Shown piece by piece: positions 1 to 10,012 of a DNA stretch of 64,000 bases. The notes under the pieces were generated by a model. The model saw only the letters and a program-made list of their open reading frames with translations, was not told the origin of the DNA and made no database searches. Every line of letters starts with the position of its first letter. The first letter of the stretch is position 1. The stretch is from positions 41,377-105,376 of the forward strand of contig CAWHGX010000025.1 in assembly GCA_963828775.1 (NCBI GenBank), given 5' to 3'. The DNA is from an uncultured Bacteroidales bacterium (GTDB lineage Bacteria; Bacteroidota; Bacteroidia; Bacteroidales; VadinHA17). The position numbers and the translations under genes were made by a program.

Positions 1-138
1 TCCCATTCTCTTTGCAGCTCTGAGCACCTTTTGTTTCATTTCCTGAGAAATATCAGGATGATCCCGTAAAGCTTTTGAGACTGTGATCCTTGAAACATTC
101 AGCTTTCTGGCGATATCTGACTGCCTTATGTTGACCAT
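1..138 (-). CDS. LacI-family transcriptional regulator, N-terminal HTH part only (gene runs off the left edge)
   Basis: Not in the ORF track because there is no stop in the window. The minus-strand ATG at 138..136 reads MVNIRQSDIARKLNVSRITVSKALRDHPDISQEMKQKVLRAAKRMG, a typical LacI/PurR-type helix-turn-helix. It starts 3 nt after the GH27 stop, so it is probably co-transcribed. Confidence 0.7.
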   Translation of the reverse strand, partial: MVNIRQSDIARKLNVSRITVSKALRDHPDISQEMKQKVLRAAKRMG

Positions 139-141
139 GAA

Positions 142-2007
142 TTAATGTATCCTGTAAATTCCGGCGCCATGCCTGTTTATTGTCCGCGAAAAATGGTCCG
201 TAAACTTTCCGAGCTTTTCACCGGTCCACAGGTCCCTGATTATGTGGGTTCCCGTTAAACCAAGCTGTTCAAATTTTACAGTGATTTCAGCAGTGTCAGC
301 CGGTACCGGACCGGCAGGATCTTCGGTGAAAACCAGGAATCTCCCATTATTTGCCCTTCTAAGCTGCGCATCCGGACCGGTACCCCGGATTCTGCCAAGG
401 ATGCTGTTATCGAGCCCGGCTTTTGCCTGGAACCGGGTTACTCCTTCAGGCAGATCATACTCAATTATTGATGTGGCGTTTGTACTGATCCCATTTGTAT
501 ATTCTTTCCCGTCTACGGTCAGCTTTCCACCCCTGGCAGTTTGGTTAATGGCCGGTCTTCCACGTCCGGATGAAGCTGTAACCCATTGAATATCCGTAAG
601 TTTAACAGTTCCTTCCGGCCCAATCAGTACGGGTTCTATCCAGTCACAGTTGTGGCTTGAAAAACCAATATCTTCGTCATAGGTCGTTACAAGATATAGT
701 TTCCTTGCTCCGCTTATATCAATATTGATATCCACACTTTGATCCGGTGCATCCTGAGTTATCAATTCACTTTTCCAGATCGCCTTGCTCTCAAATACCG
801 GATCCTGATCCGTTGCATTGAAAAGAGCCAGATACTTATCACCGGTTTTTGGATCATCAGCTGTCCAGGCAATAAGGTCATTATCTCTGAAAAGCTGCCT
901 GCCATTAATACTGTGCTGATTTACATTCAGAACATCTTTATTGGTGATTAACGAGAGTGTAAACTCATCGTTGCCTGGCAGATCACCTCCAAACATCAGT
1001 GGCGACCGGAAAATAGAGAACAATGTCATTAAAGTGTACTGTTCGTTTTTTGTAAAGCCTGACCAGCGTGGATCTCCCCGCTCAGCCCTTAAACCTATTT
1101 TACCGATTGGAAGCATATCACCATCAGGCCAGCAGCCTTTTCCACCAAGCCCTGCCCAGTTGTTAAGGATCGTGAATTGATTTTTAAGTTGCGGCCAGCT
1201 GTCCCAGAAATCATTTGAAGTTCGCCACATGTTTACATTATTCTTAAGAAATTCAACCGTTTCGGGTCTGTCTCCGCCTGGCGAAATACTTATGACAATC
1301 GGTCTTCCGCAATTATCAATGGCTTTTCTCACCATTTCAATTTCGTCAGTTCGCCCCGAAAGATCATCGGCTTTTACAAAATCGACATCCCATGATGCGT
1401 ATAACTTAAATATCGAATTGTAGTACTCCTGAGCACCTGGCCTGCCTGCAACAATTGTGTACATATCCCTCAGCCATATACACTGGCCTTCGGGAGAGTA
1501 GATATCCCCGGCTTTAGCATCACTGCCGAGGATCGTGGTATTATTCTTAACAGCTAATACAGGTATCCCACGCATTATATGAATCCCGAATTTCAGACCC
1601 TTGCCGTGAATATAATCAGCAAGCGGCCTGAACCCTTTGCCGTCAGCTGCTGAAGGAAAGCGGTTCAGAGCGGGAGTTAAGCGACCATATTCGTCCATGA
1701 CATAAATCGGGTCATCCTGGTTATAACCACCGGCATGATCGTTTTCTACGAACCATCTGATATCCACAACAATATACTCCCATCCATATTTCTTAAGATT
1801 TTGTGCCATATAATCTGCATTTGCCTTTACTTCCGATTCAACAACAGTAGGACCGTAACAGTCCCAGCTGTTCCAGCCCATAGGCGGAGTCGGGGCCCAC
1901 GTGTGAAATGGCAACTTTGCTTCATTATCGATACCCGATGGATTATTTGTCCGGCAGGCAAATATTATGATCTGGATCACAAGGATTAAAACAATATTTC
2001 TTCTCAT
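142..2007 (-). CDS. GH27 alpha-galactosidase-like glycoside hydrolase with C-terminal NPCBM-type carbohydrate-binding module, secreted
   Basis: 621-aa ORF with an N-terminal signal peptide. It has the GH27 hallmark PPMGWNSWDCYG and a (beta/alpha)8 core. The C-terminal 150 aa (CDWIEPVL..QWVTASSGRG..TVDGKEYTNGIS..AGLDN) resembles the NPCBM domain. Confidence 0.85.
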   Translation of the reverse strand: MRRNIVLILVIQIIIFACRTNNPSGIDNEAKLPFHTWAPTPPMGWNSWDCYGPTVVESEVKANADYMAQNLKKYGWEYIVVDIRWFVENDHAGGYNQDDPIYVMDEYGRLTPALNRFPSAADGKGFRPLADYIHGKGLKFGIHIMRGIPVLAVKNNTTILGSDAKAGDIYSPEGQCIWLRDMYTIVAGRPGAQEYYNSIFKLYASWDVDFVKADDLSGRTDEIEMVRKAIDNCGRPIVISISPGGDRPETVEFLKNNVNMWRTSNDFWDSWPQLKNQFTILNNWAGLGGKGCWPDGDMLPIGKIGLRAERGDPRWSGFTKNEQYTLMTLFSIFRSPLMFGGDLPGNDEFTLSLITNKDVLNVNQHSINGRQLFRDNDLIAWTADDPKTGDKYLALFNATDQDPVFESKAIWKSELITQDAPDQSVDINIDISGARKLYLVTTYDEDIGFSSHNCDWIEPVLIGPEGTVKLTDIQWVTASSGRGRPAINQTARGGKLTVDGKEYTNGISTNATSIIEYDLPEGVTRFQAKAGLDNSILGRIRGTGPDAQLRRANNGRFLVFTEDPAGPVPADTAEITVKFEQLGLTGTHIIRDLWTGEKLGKFTDHFSRTINRHGAGIYRIH

Positions 2008-2159
2008 TTTATTAATTGTTAATCAGATTTCCTTACTCGTGTACTTTCACGTGTAAACCTAAGTAAATTTCCGCAGAAAAACAACTTTATCTATAATTTT
2101 TTATCTTTCAGAAAGATTTCCGATGTTACCTGCTATATTTAATTCTAAAATGTACCAGA

Positions 2160-3632
2160 ATGAACCGTAGAAAATTTTCCAGGAATATTTTGCTGTCAGG
2201 TATGGCTGTACCTGCTTCTCAATTGAATTACCGGGCAGTTGCATCTGACACCGGGCCATCCTCTGAAGATCTGAAGAAATTACCCTTCAGGGAATTTGAT
2301 GTGGTTGTTGCCGGCGGAGGCACTGCAGGTGTTGTAGCTGCAACTGCAGCAGCACGCCAGGGTGCAAAAACTGCACTTATTGAAGCTAAAGGATATGTCG
2401 GGGGTACTGTTGTTGAAGGAGGTACCGCTCTTCACAGTTTCTTTAATCTATGGACAGCTTTTCCTGGTGTGGAGAAGAGACAGGTAGTAAAAGGTATTGC
2501 CCAGGAGATAATTGACCGGCTTCTGATTGTCGGAGGGACAACCGGACACGGGAATGTTACCGGAAAGACTGATTATGATTCGGTGTGTACTGCCATTGAC
2601 ACCGAACTTTACAAACTGGTGGCTCATGAGATGCTTGTTGAGGCAGGTGTTTCGGTATTCACGAATACACTGGTCTCAGGCGCTGTTAAGAAAGGAATGG
2701 TGATCGAGGGGATAATAACCCAGAGCAGGATGGGAAGAGAGATTTTTAAAGGGAAATGTTTTATCGACAGTACAGCTTACGGTGATCTCTCAGCTTATGC
2801 AGGCGCAGAGTTTAAAGAACTTAATGATCATCCGGTTTGCAACAGCATGGGTGTCGGTAATGTAAATATTGAAAAGCTATACGCATACCTGATGAAAAAC
2901 AATGCCCTCGGCGACATTGCCTGGGGCATCCGTGATGGTATGCAGGGGCAGATCATCAGGATGGGAAGTGAAAGCGGTTATACAATAAGGGATAAGCTCC
3001 CCAAAGAGTTTGTCGATGGAATAGTCAGCCTCGGATCAGGACTTATCACAACCACTGTGCATGATAACTATCTGATGTTCATTAAAGTAAATTACAAGCT
3101 GCCGGTGAGTCCGACAAACAGGGATGAGGTTTCAAAAGCAGAGCTGATAATCAGGCAGAACCAGTTTAAAACAATTGAATTATTCAGAAAATTCCTTCCG
3201 GGATGTGAGAACGCCTTTATCGCAAGGACAAGCCCGTCATTAAACATTCGTCGGGGCAGGACGATTACCTGCGATTATGACATTACTCTGACGGATGTTA
3301 TAGAAGGAAGACATTTTGATGATGATATTATGGTCTATGGTTTCCATGATTCTGCTCCCAGATATCAGATAAAAAACGGAGGCACGTATGGTGTTCCATA
3401 TAAAGCATTGAGGGTAAAGGGCATAGATAATTTACTCGCAGCAGGCATGCTGATAACTTCCGATTTCCAGGCTCATATGTCAACAAGGAACACTGTCTGC
3501 TGCATGGGTCAGGGACAGGCAGCAGGGACTGCAGCAGCGATATGCGCAACTAAAAAATTCAGCACGAGGGATCTGCCTTATAATATACTAAGGGATGCCT
3601 TGTTAAAAAACAATGTATATCTTGAAGATTAG
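2160..3632 (+). CDS. FAD-dependent oxidoreductase with Tat-type signal
   Basis: 490-aa ORF. It has the twin-arginine motif MNRRKFSRNILL and the dinucleotide-binding motif VVVAGGGTAGVVAATAAARQG. Confidence 0.8.
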   Translation: MNRRKFSRNILLSGMAVPASQLNYRAVASDTGPSSEDLKKLPFREFDVVVAGGGTAGVVAATAAARQGAKTALIEAKGYVGGTVVEGGTALHSFFNLWTAFPGVEKRQVVKGIAQEIIDRLLIVGGTTGHGNVTGKTDYDSVCTAIDTELYKLVAHEMLVEAGVSVFTNTLVSGAVKKGMVIEGIITQSRMGREIFKGKCFIDSTAYGDLSAYAGAEFKELNDHPVCNSMGVGNVNIEKLYAYLMKNNALGDIAWGIRDGMQGQIIRMGSESGYTIRDKLPKEFVDGIVSLGSGLITTTVHDNYLMFIKVNYKLPVSPTNRDEVSKAELIIRQNQFKTIELFRKFLPGCENAFIARTSPSLNIRRGRTITCDYDITLTDVIEGRHFDDDIMVYGFHDSAPRYQIKNGGTYGVPYKALRVKGIDNLLAAGMLITSDFQAHMSTRNTVCCMGQGQAAGTAAAICATKKFSTRDLPYNILRDALLKNNVYLED

Positions 3633-3765
3633 AGTCACCCTCCAATATTCAGGAAGGGGAGCTATTGAATTAAGAATGAAGAACAAACGAAAAGCGAATT
3701 AAGAATATTAAAATTACTTCTGAATTCTGATTTCAATTGTTCTTAATTCTTCATTCAATTCTAAT

Positions 3766-4862
3766 TTAATATATCAGCTTATACCACTCAATCGCGTTTT
3801 TGCTGTAAATCTTATCAACAACCTCTTTCGGGAGCTTTAATCCTGTAAATGTCCCTCTGAATTTATCGGAGGTCATCTCCTCATTTGAAGTAAAGTATTT
3901 CCAGTCGTCAAGCCAGGTTTCATGCATATCTTTTTTGAACCGGGCAGGATCTGAATTTCCGCTGTCGCCGGTATCTGTTCCGTAAAGAAGCCTGTCCTGG
4001 TATTTGATGCAGAAATCCCTTACTCTCTCCCGGTCCTGTGCCGACTGATACTGCAGATGGCAGATCCTTGCCGACATATCCACTGCCATGTTCGGAAACC
4101 TGTCGAGCCGTTTTGCCAGTGAATCGACATTCCATTCAAGGCTCCCGAGGTGGCAGCCGATGAATTTCAGATCCGGATTTTTAACCAGAAGATTATCCCG
4201 TGCATTGATCTGATCCTCATAGGAGGGGTATTCAGGATGGAGGAACATGTGATACTGTGGATTCCTGGCAAAATAACTGCTGTCGCTGCTGACTGTCATC
4301 TCTTCAAGAGGAAGCCAGCAGTTCCTTGGCTCACCCAGATGACCTGTAACCGGAAGTCCCTTGCTTTTTATATACTCAATGACAGGATCCAGTCCCGGAT
4401 CATCGGCCATTATGAATTTGCCGGATCTGTCGCGTACCGTCATCCCTATATTCTTCCATATTTTTACTGTAATTGCACCATCTGAAAGATCTTTTTCAAG
4501 CTGTGAGATAATTTTTTTGCTCCAGTTATCCGTTCCCCATCCTGCCGTATCAAATAAGAATGTAGGTCCATAGAATACTCTTCCAGGGTATTTTGCTGGC
4601 CGAAGAAAGTTGCATTTTCGTGCTGATGCCGTATATTAGCTGAATCACCATGATCCACTCCAAGCGTAATAAGAATAAAATTATCCTCAATTGCCTGTTC
4701 CTCAAAATACCCTTTATCGCTGTTTATGTGGATATGGGAATCAATTTTCTTAACGGAGGAGTAATCCTCCACCGTGTAAAAAGAGTTTTGGCATCCTGAA
4801 AACATTACAAAAATGGGAATCAGGACAGGAAAGAATGATTTCAGGAAAGACATGCTTAACAT
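3766..4862 (-). pseudogene. Amidohydrolase-family (TIM-barrel metal hydrolase) lipoprotein, interrupted by one frameshift
   Basis: ORFs 4464..4862 (signal/lipobox FSGC, metal motif IDSHIHIN) and 3766..4443 are two halves of one protein. The downstream frame is open back to 4636 (..AKYPGRVFYGPTFLFDTAGWGTDNWSKKII..). The frame switch lies between about 4598 and 4636. Confidence 0.65.
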
Positions 4863-4874
4863 TTAAACCGGGAT

Positions 4875-5756
4875 CTATTTTTTTGGCAATTTAACGTATG
4901 GCTGTAAATTGAGCCATTCTATACTCTTGGCGCAGCTTGTAAATTCGTCGAAGCTGTATCTTTCTACCTCAACAACACCATACTTCATACCTGAGATCTT
5001 TGCTGCGGTCCAGATCGTCTTGAAATCCATCTTTCCGCTGGCGCCGATTTCTTTTTCATCTTTAATATGCCATAGTTCAAACCTTCCGGGATACTTTTTA
5101 AAATAGTCAACCGGGTTCTTTTTCCCTTCTACACACCAGTACAGGTCCATTTCAAACATCACTTTTGCAGGATCGGTATTTGCCAGCATATAGTCATAAA
5201 CTGTCTGTCCGTCAAGAACAGTAGTAAATTCGCCAGAGTGGTTATGGTAACCGAATCTCACGCCCCTGGCATTGCATTTGGCTCCAACTGCATTGAAATA
5301 ATCACACCACTTCTTAAGAGAGTCAAGGCTCTTATATGCATCTCCTCCCATTGATGGCTGAACGATATATTTGGCACCTGCAGCCACATGAGCGTCTATA
5401 CACCGATCCCACCAGGCCATTGCCTTGTCCCAGTTAGCCCTGGTGGTTGGCCTTTGCTGACTGGTATGAGTGCTGAGAACTTTCATTCCGTTCTTCATGC
5501 ATAAATTTTTAAATTCAACAGGATCCATGCCATAGATTTTCCCATCTGAATAGCCTGCAGGTTCAACAAATGTGTATCCCATTTTTGCTACTTTTGCTAT
5601 TGCTCCCGGAACATCCCTTCTGATCGAGTCGCGGATCGAATACAACTGCAATCCTATGTTCTTACGGGGAACCTTCTTGAATGAATATAAAGCGGAAAGG
5701 AGAAGGCCGCTGACAGCTAATAAAAGAACAATTGAAATAATGCTTCTTTTTTTCAT
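4875..5756 (-). CDS. Secreted sugar phosphate isomerase/epimerase (xylose isomerase-like TIM barrel) family protein
   Basis: 293-aa ORF with a signal peptide, then IGLQLYSIRD...GYTFVE...FGYHNHSGEF...ELWHIKD, typical of the AP endonuclease 2 / xylose isomerase-like TIM-barrel fold. Confidence 0.8.
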   Translation of the reverse strand: MKKRSIISIVLLLAVSGLLLSALYSFKKVPRKNIGLQLYSIRDSIRRDVPGAIAKVAKMGYTFVEPAGYSDGKIYGMDPVEFKNLCMKNGMKVLSTHTSQQRPTTRANWDKAMAWWDRCIDAHVAAGAKYIVQPSMGGDAYKSLDSLKKWCDYFNAVGAKCNARGVRFGYHNHSGEFTTVLDGQTVYDYMLANTDPAKVMFEMDLYWCVEGKKNPVDYFKKYPGRFELWHIKDEKEIGASGKMDFKTIWTAAKISGMKYGVVEVERYSFDEFTSCAKSIEWLNLQPYVKLPKK

Positions 5757-5846
5757 TTTGATAGTGCTTTAAGTTTTACTTGATTATTATTTGTTATTAG
5801 TTGAACAGGATTTTGGAACTTCCTCAAACTCATCAAATATATAAAT

Positions 5847-8516
5847 TTATTTATCAGATACTGTTAATCCGAGTGTGACAATCTCATTAGGCTTGATCTC
5901 TATCCTGACCGACCGGCCGGTAGTTTCAGGAGCAGCGGCATTTTCAAGTGGTAATTCAATAAGATTCAGCCTGCGAGCTTTCAGCACATTAAAAGGGAGT
6001 GTGAGATTACAGGCTGTGGCTTTGCCTTCAATTTCCGCAAGCCGTATTATCAGTTCATTTCCATCTTCAGATCTTTTCATTCCGGTAAGTGTTATATTGC
6101 CGGCATCAAGTGAAAAGAATGAAGCTTCTTCGGGGCGGGTGGCATGCGACTTTACGAGTGCAAGAGAAGGAGGTTCAGCAGCATATACAGGAATATTAAA
6201 ATCCTCACCCTCTGCCCAGACACCATTTTTCCAGTCGCCTGAATGAGGAAAAAGAGCATAGCTTATCGTAAATTTCCCAAGGTTTGGATAGATATCCGGA
6301 TCGCCTGCTGATCTCATTAGTGTAATCCTGAGATCTCCGTTGCTATATGAATGCCCGTATTTGGTTTTATTCAGCAGGGCAATGCCAACCTTTCCGTCAG
6401 ATACATCAACCCATTTCTGCGCAGGAACTTCCTGTCCGTCAATTGCTTCGGCAGTAATCCCGTAAACATCCTCATGCTTCAGATGCGAAGGTGCCTCTTT
6501 CCCGTTCAGTTTACCGTCAACCGGTCTTTCAACCACATCAAAAGGAACCTGTGAATAGAATTTTGAATTTTCCAATGCCACCGGAAAAACTGCCCTTAAC
6601 ATCGGGGAATCTGTAGTATCACTGCCTGTTTCAAGCCAGTGAATCTCCATATCATAATCTATCCGCGGATATGAACGGTAAATATATGTCCGTTCTATAA
6701 ATCTTGATTTTCCCCATGTCTTAACAGTTTCAACGCAGGCTCTGACCGGACCATTCTCAACCACTTTTACACTTTTAATGTCGGTTACATCTTCCTGCCT
6801 GACTATCTTGTTTATAGTCCATGATTTCATTCCGCCTTTCTTGTCTTCAAGATAAATCCTGAGCTTGTTAAGCTCTCCTCCTTTCCTGACGAATTCCTTA
6901 TTGGTCCGCTTATCGAACAAGCTTGTTATGCCACCTGTATTCAGGTCGAATTCAATCCTGAAGAAATCCGTTTCGAAAGTATTATTATTGAATGGTATAG
7001 CATCGTTATATTCACCCGGCCGGGTCATGTCGACGTAGAATGTTCTGTACCCTCCGGCCGGCATATCCCCGGCAATAAACTGAATTTTTGATGTATATCC
7101 CGGAGGTGTGGATTTCCCCCATACAACCTGGGCTGGATAACTCATGCCCGATGCATCGCGCACCATTACAGACGGCAGCCTGACTTCTCCGCTTCCCCCT
7201 GAGACTATATTTTTTGACCCGTAATAATCTCCCCAGCTTGCCAGTTTGGCTGTCACAGGCTCTTCATTTGAGTATACAGTTGCTTCAACCAGTGTTTTCC
7301 GGCTGAAGGGCTGAAGGTTATATGCAACCACAGGTTGTCCCATTCCCGTCCGGAATCTGACCTCATCGGCCATTTTCCGGAAAGCGTTGTTCCGCAATTC
7401 GTTGGTTCTTCTCAGGACATCAGCATATCGCGCAATTGCTTCTTTATTTGCTTCGTTGATAGCTGATCCGGGCAGTATATCATGAAACTGGTTGAATGTC
7501 AAATTTGTCCAGAGATCATTAAATTCTTTATCAGGATATCTGTCTCCATTAAGCCATCGGAGAGTATTAAAAAACTCACTCGTATAAAGAGCGTTTTCGC
7601 AATTTCTGTTTCCGGCTTTAATATCGGCTACCGTTGTATAGCAACCTTCAAAGATGAACTGCATTTCACCGCGGTGTGACGGACGGCCATCCATTTCCTT
7701 TGATGCTTTTCTGAAAAAATCACCGGCCGTTGTAAATCTGACTGAAGGGTAACCGGGAGTCTTATCGAGCTGATGGATCATGTCAATATTTGCGCGTGTT
7801 GGTCCTCCACCATGATCTCCGACTCCGGTAATATGCAGTATCCTGCGCTTATCCGGCGAAAACTTCTGTATTTCATTTTTAAGATCAGGTGTAATACTAC
7901 CGTTGTAAGTATCATTTGCATAACAGAGAACCTTTGATGAATCGGGCGCTATCCACCAGAAAGTGCCTGTATATGGTTTTGTCCGGTGAAAATAAAAATA
8001 GTCACATCCGGCAAGCTTCAGTATCTGAGGCATTTGAGCAATGTGGCCAAAATTGTCGGGCAGCCATCCTATGGTGGCTGTTTTTCCAAAACGGCTCTTA
8101 AAATAACTCTGTCCGAGAAGGAATGACCGGGCGATGGCTTCACCTGTCGACAGGTTCATATCCCCTTCGGTCCACATGCCACCGGCAAGCTCAAGCCGGC
8201 CGGCTTTTACATATTTTCTGACCTGTTCAAAAAGAGGCGGATCGACCATTTCCACAAAGTTATATACAGAAGCCTGGCTCTGAAGCATTGTATAATCAGG
8301 AAACTCCTCCATAAATGCTACCACCTGGCGGAGGTTATCGTTGCACATTTGCATGGTCTCTGAATAGGTCCAGAGCCAGTTCATATCCATATGTGCATGG
8401 CCGATTACATGAATTGTATCACGGGAAGACACAATTTTTCTTTTCTGCCCGGGAGTGGACGAAAAAGAGCTGATTATCAGTACTGAAAGTATCAGTACAC
8501 CAAATTTCTTTCCCAT
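5847..8516 (-). CDS. GH38 alpha-mannosidase, secreted
   Basis: 889-aa ORF with a signal peptide. It has the GH38 N-terminal metal motif HVIGHAHMDMNWLW, and its length and domain order are consistent with GH38. Confidence 0.85.
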   Translation of the reverse strand: MGKKFGVLILSVLIISSFSSTPGQKRKIVSSRDTIHVIGHAHMDMNWLWTYSETMQMCNDNLRQVVAFMEEFPDYTMLQSQASVYNFVEMVDPPLFEQVRKYVKAGRLELAGGMWTEGDMNLSTGEAIARSFLLGQSYFKSRFGKTATIGWLPDNFGHIAQMPQILKLAGCDYFYFHRTKPYTGTFWWIAPDSSKVLCYANDTYNGSITPDLKNEIQKFSPDKRRILHITGVGDHGGGPTRANIDMIHQLDKTPGYPSVRFTTAGDFFRKASKEMDGRPSHRGEMQFIFEGCYTTVADIKAGNRNCENALYTSEFFNTLRWLNGDRYPDKEFNDLWTNLTFNQFHDILPGSAINEANKEAIARYADVLRRTNELRNNAFRKMADEVRFRTGMGQPVVAYNLQPFSRKTLVEATVYSNEEPVTAKLASWGDYYGSKNIVSGGSGEVRLPSVMVRDASGMSYPAQVVWGKSTPPGYTSKIQFIAGDMPAGGYRTFYVDMTRPGEYNDAIPFNNNTFETDFFRIEFDLNTGGITSLFDKRTNKEFVRKGGELNKLRIYLEDKKGGMKSWTINKIVRQEDVTDIKSVKVVENGPVRACVETVKTWGKSRFIERTYIYRSYPRIDYDMEIHWLETGSDTTDSPMLRAVFPVALENSKFYSQVPFDVVERPVDGKLNGKEAPSHLKHEDVYGITAEAIDGQEVPAQKWVDVSDGKVGIALLNKTKYGHSYSNGDLRITLMRSAGDPDIYPNLGKFTISYALFPHSGDWKNGVWAEGEDFNIPVYAAEPPSLALVKSHATRPEEASFFSLDAGNITLTGMKRSEDGNELIIRLAEIEGKATACNLTLPFNVLKARRLNLIELPLENAAAPETTGRSVRIEIKPNEIVTLGLTVSDK

Positions 8517-8525
8517 TCAGGTTAT

Positions 8526-9932
8526 TTATTGTAAGGATTTTAAAACCGTCTTTATTGCTTCAGGTCCTTTCACGGCATTCGCCGGTAATTTCCCGTCCCT
8601 GCCAAATACCAGCAGTGCTTCATAGTTTTCGATAGTCACTTTTGATTCATCAATTTTGCCTGTTTTATCCTTTACAGAATTGATATTCAATCCCAGATGA
8701 CGGGCCATAAAGTCATACATTGCCATCCTTTTTGAAATGCCATAATCATGTCCTTCAGTTGCCAGGTGAACATTTTCAATGTTTTCTTTCCTGCCATATA
8801 ATTCATAGACCTTTTGCAGATAAGGGTATTCGATTTCAGGAACATGCTGAGTCCAGTCCCCTCCGTCTGAAATTACCAGCATAGGTTTTGGTGAGGCCAT
8901 GGCGGCAATTTCTGCATTGTTGGTTCCGGCGTCAGTGCAGGAATGTATCGGCAATCCGCTTTCACACGGACATCCTCCGTAAAAATATGATGATACCATT
9001 ACGACCGGAACACTTACAGTGACCCGCTCATCCAGAGCTGTCAGAAGAAAAGTCTGGGTCCCTCCTCCTGATTCTCCTGTAACACCAATCCGTTTTGGAT
9101 CGATATAGGATAAGGATGTAAGAAAGTCAATCACGCGCATTGAGTTCACCGTCTGCATTGTAGCTGCCAATCCTGTGCGGTGTACAACATTATCGACCTG
9201 AAGCTGCGATTCTCCCCATGCAAACATCTCATAGCTGAAAACTACAGCTCCCATCCTGGCAAGCATGGCACACCTGTACTGGTGATCTGGCCTGTATCGC
9301 CCATATTGATTCAGATCTGTATTGCTGGCATGTCCGTGGGTGCAAAGTACTGCAGGGAACGGACCTTTGCCTCTGGCAGGTCTGTAAAGCGACCCACAGA
9401 GGTATACTCCGGGAATGGTCTCTAAAGCCACATTCTCAATAGTGTAACCATCCATTTTTCTTTTTGGGGTATAGATTGGATTAAGAGGTGTCTTCTTCGG
9501 TAAGGGCGACAGATTCAACTGATCGAGGAAGCATTTCCTCAGTTCTGCCTTGCGTGATTCCCATGCCGGCAGAGCCTTATAAAGGGAGAGCAACAGATCG
9601 AGATGTTTCTTCCCTTCTTCCACCGGCCTGACGTGATATGCATATTTACTTATCTGGTAACTCTTTTCAGCAGTTTTGGTAAATATCATATCAAGAGGCA
9701 AAAGGATATTTGTAAGTGTTTCCTCTGTATCAATCCTGTAGCGCCAGGTAGGATAAAGGACCTCAACCCCCTTAACCAGACTTTCGCTGTACTGGATCTT
9801 TATATCATGCCTTTTTTCTATATCGGTCAGAACCTCTTTAAGCGGTTTCCTGTACGTATCCTGTGGCAGTTGTGTAAAAGCTTCGAAGGTTAATCCGACA
9901 AGAAAAGACAGAATTAATAGCTTTATTTTCAT
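8526..9932 (-). CDS. Secreted alpha/beta-hydrolase (acetyl-esterase-like) protein
   Basis: 468-aa ORF with a signal peptide. It has a nucleophile-elbow motif GVTGESGGG and a C-terminal GHDY histidine motif. The exact CE family cannot be decided by eye. Confidence 0.65.
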   Translation of the reverse strand: MKIKLLILSFLVGLTFEAFTQLPQDTYRKPLKEVLTDIEKRHDIKIQYSESLVKGVEVLYPTWRYRIDTEETLTNILLPLDMIFTKTAEKSYQISKYAYHVRPVEEGKKHLDLLLSLYKALPAWESRKAELRKCFLDQLNLSPLPKKTPLNPIYTPKRKMDGYTIENVALETIPGVYLCGSLYRPARGKGPFPAVLCTHGHASNTDLNQYGRYRPDHQYRCAMLARMGAVVFSYEMFAWGESQLQVDNVVHRTGLAATMQTVNSMRVIDFLTSLSYIDPKRIGVTGESGGGTQTFLLTALDERVTVSVPVVMVSSYFYGGCPCESGLPIHSCTDAGTNNAEIAAMASPKPMLVISDGGDWTQHVPEIEYPYLQKVYELYGRKENIENVHLATEGHDYGISKRMAMYDFMARHLGLNINSVKDKTGKIDESKVTIENYEALLVFGRDGKLPANAVKGPEAIKTVLKSLQ

Positions 9933-9952
9933 TGGTATAATTTAGATTAAAA

Positions 9953-9982
9953 AAGCACTGAATTCAATATTTCAGTGCTTTA
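9953..9982 (-). terminator. Intrinsic terminator-like hairpin downstream of the PUL-1 lipoprotein gene
   Basis: Stem AAAGCACTGAA (9953-9963) / TTCAGTGCTTT (9972-9982) with an 8-nt loop. On the minus strand the stem is followed by a T6 run (A6 at 9950-9955 on the plus strand). Confidence 0.5.
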
Positions 9983-10012
9983 TATGTTTGATTATCACGA
10001 AGATTTATATTT

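Noticed and set aside
2045-2056. The imperfect palindrome TTTCACGTGTAA, 38 bp upstream of the GH27 start, considered as a LacI-family operator.
   Set aside because: Only 10 of 12 positions are symmetric, it is shorter than typical LacI operators, and there is no second copy in the window. This is insufficient evidence without comparative data.
3667-3680. The identical 14-mer GAATTAAGAATGAA at 3667-3680 and 24387-24400, considered as a possible dispersed repeat.
   Set aside because: In a 64-kb A/T-rich window scanned on both strands, several exact 14-mer coincidences are expected by chance. The second copy lies inside overlapping coding sequence (GH29 end and GH97 start).
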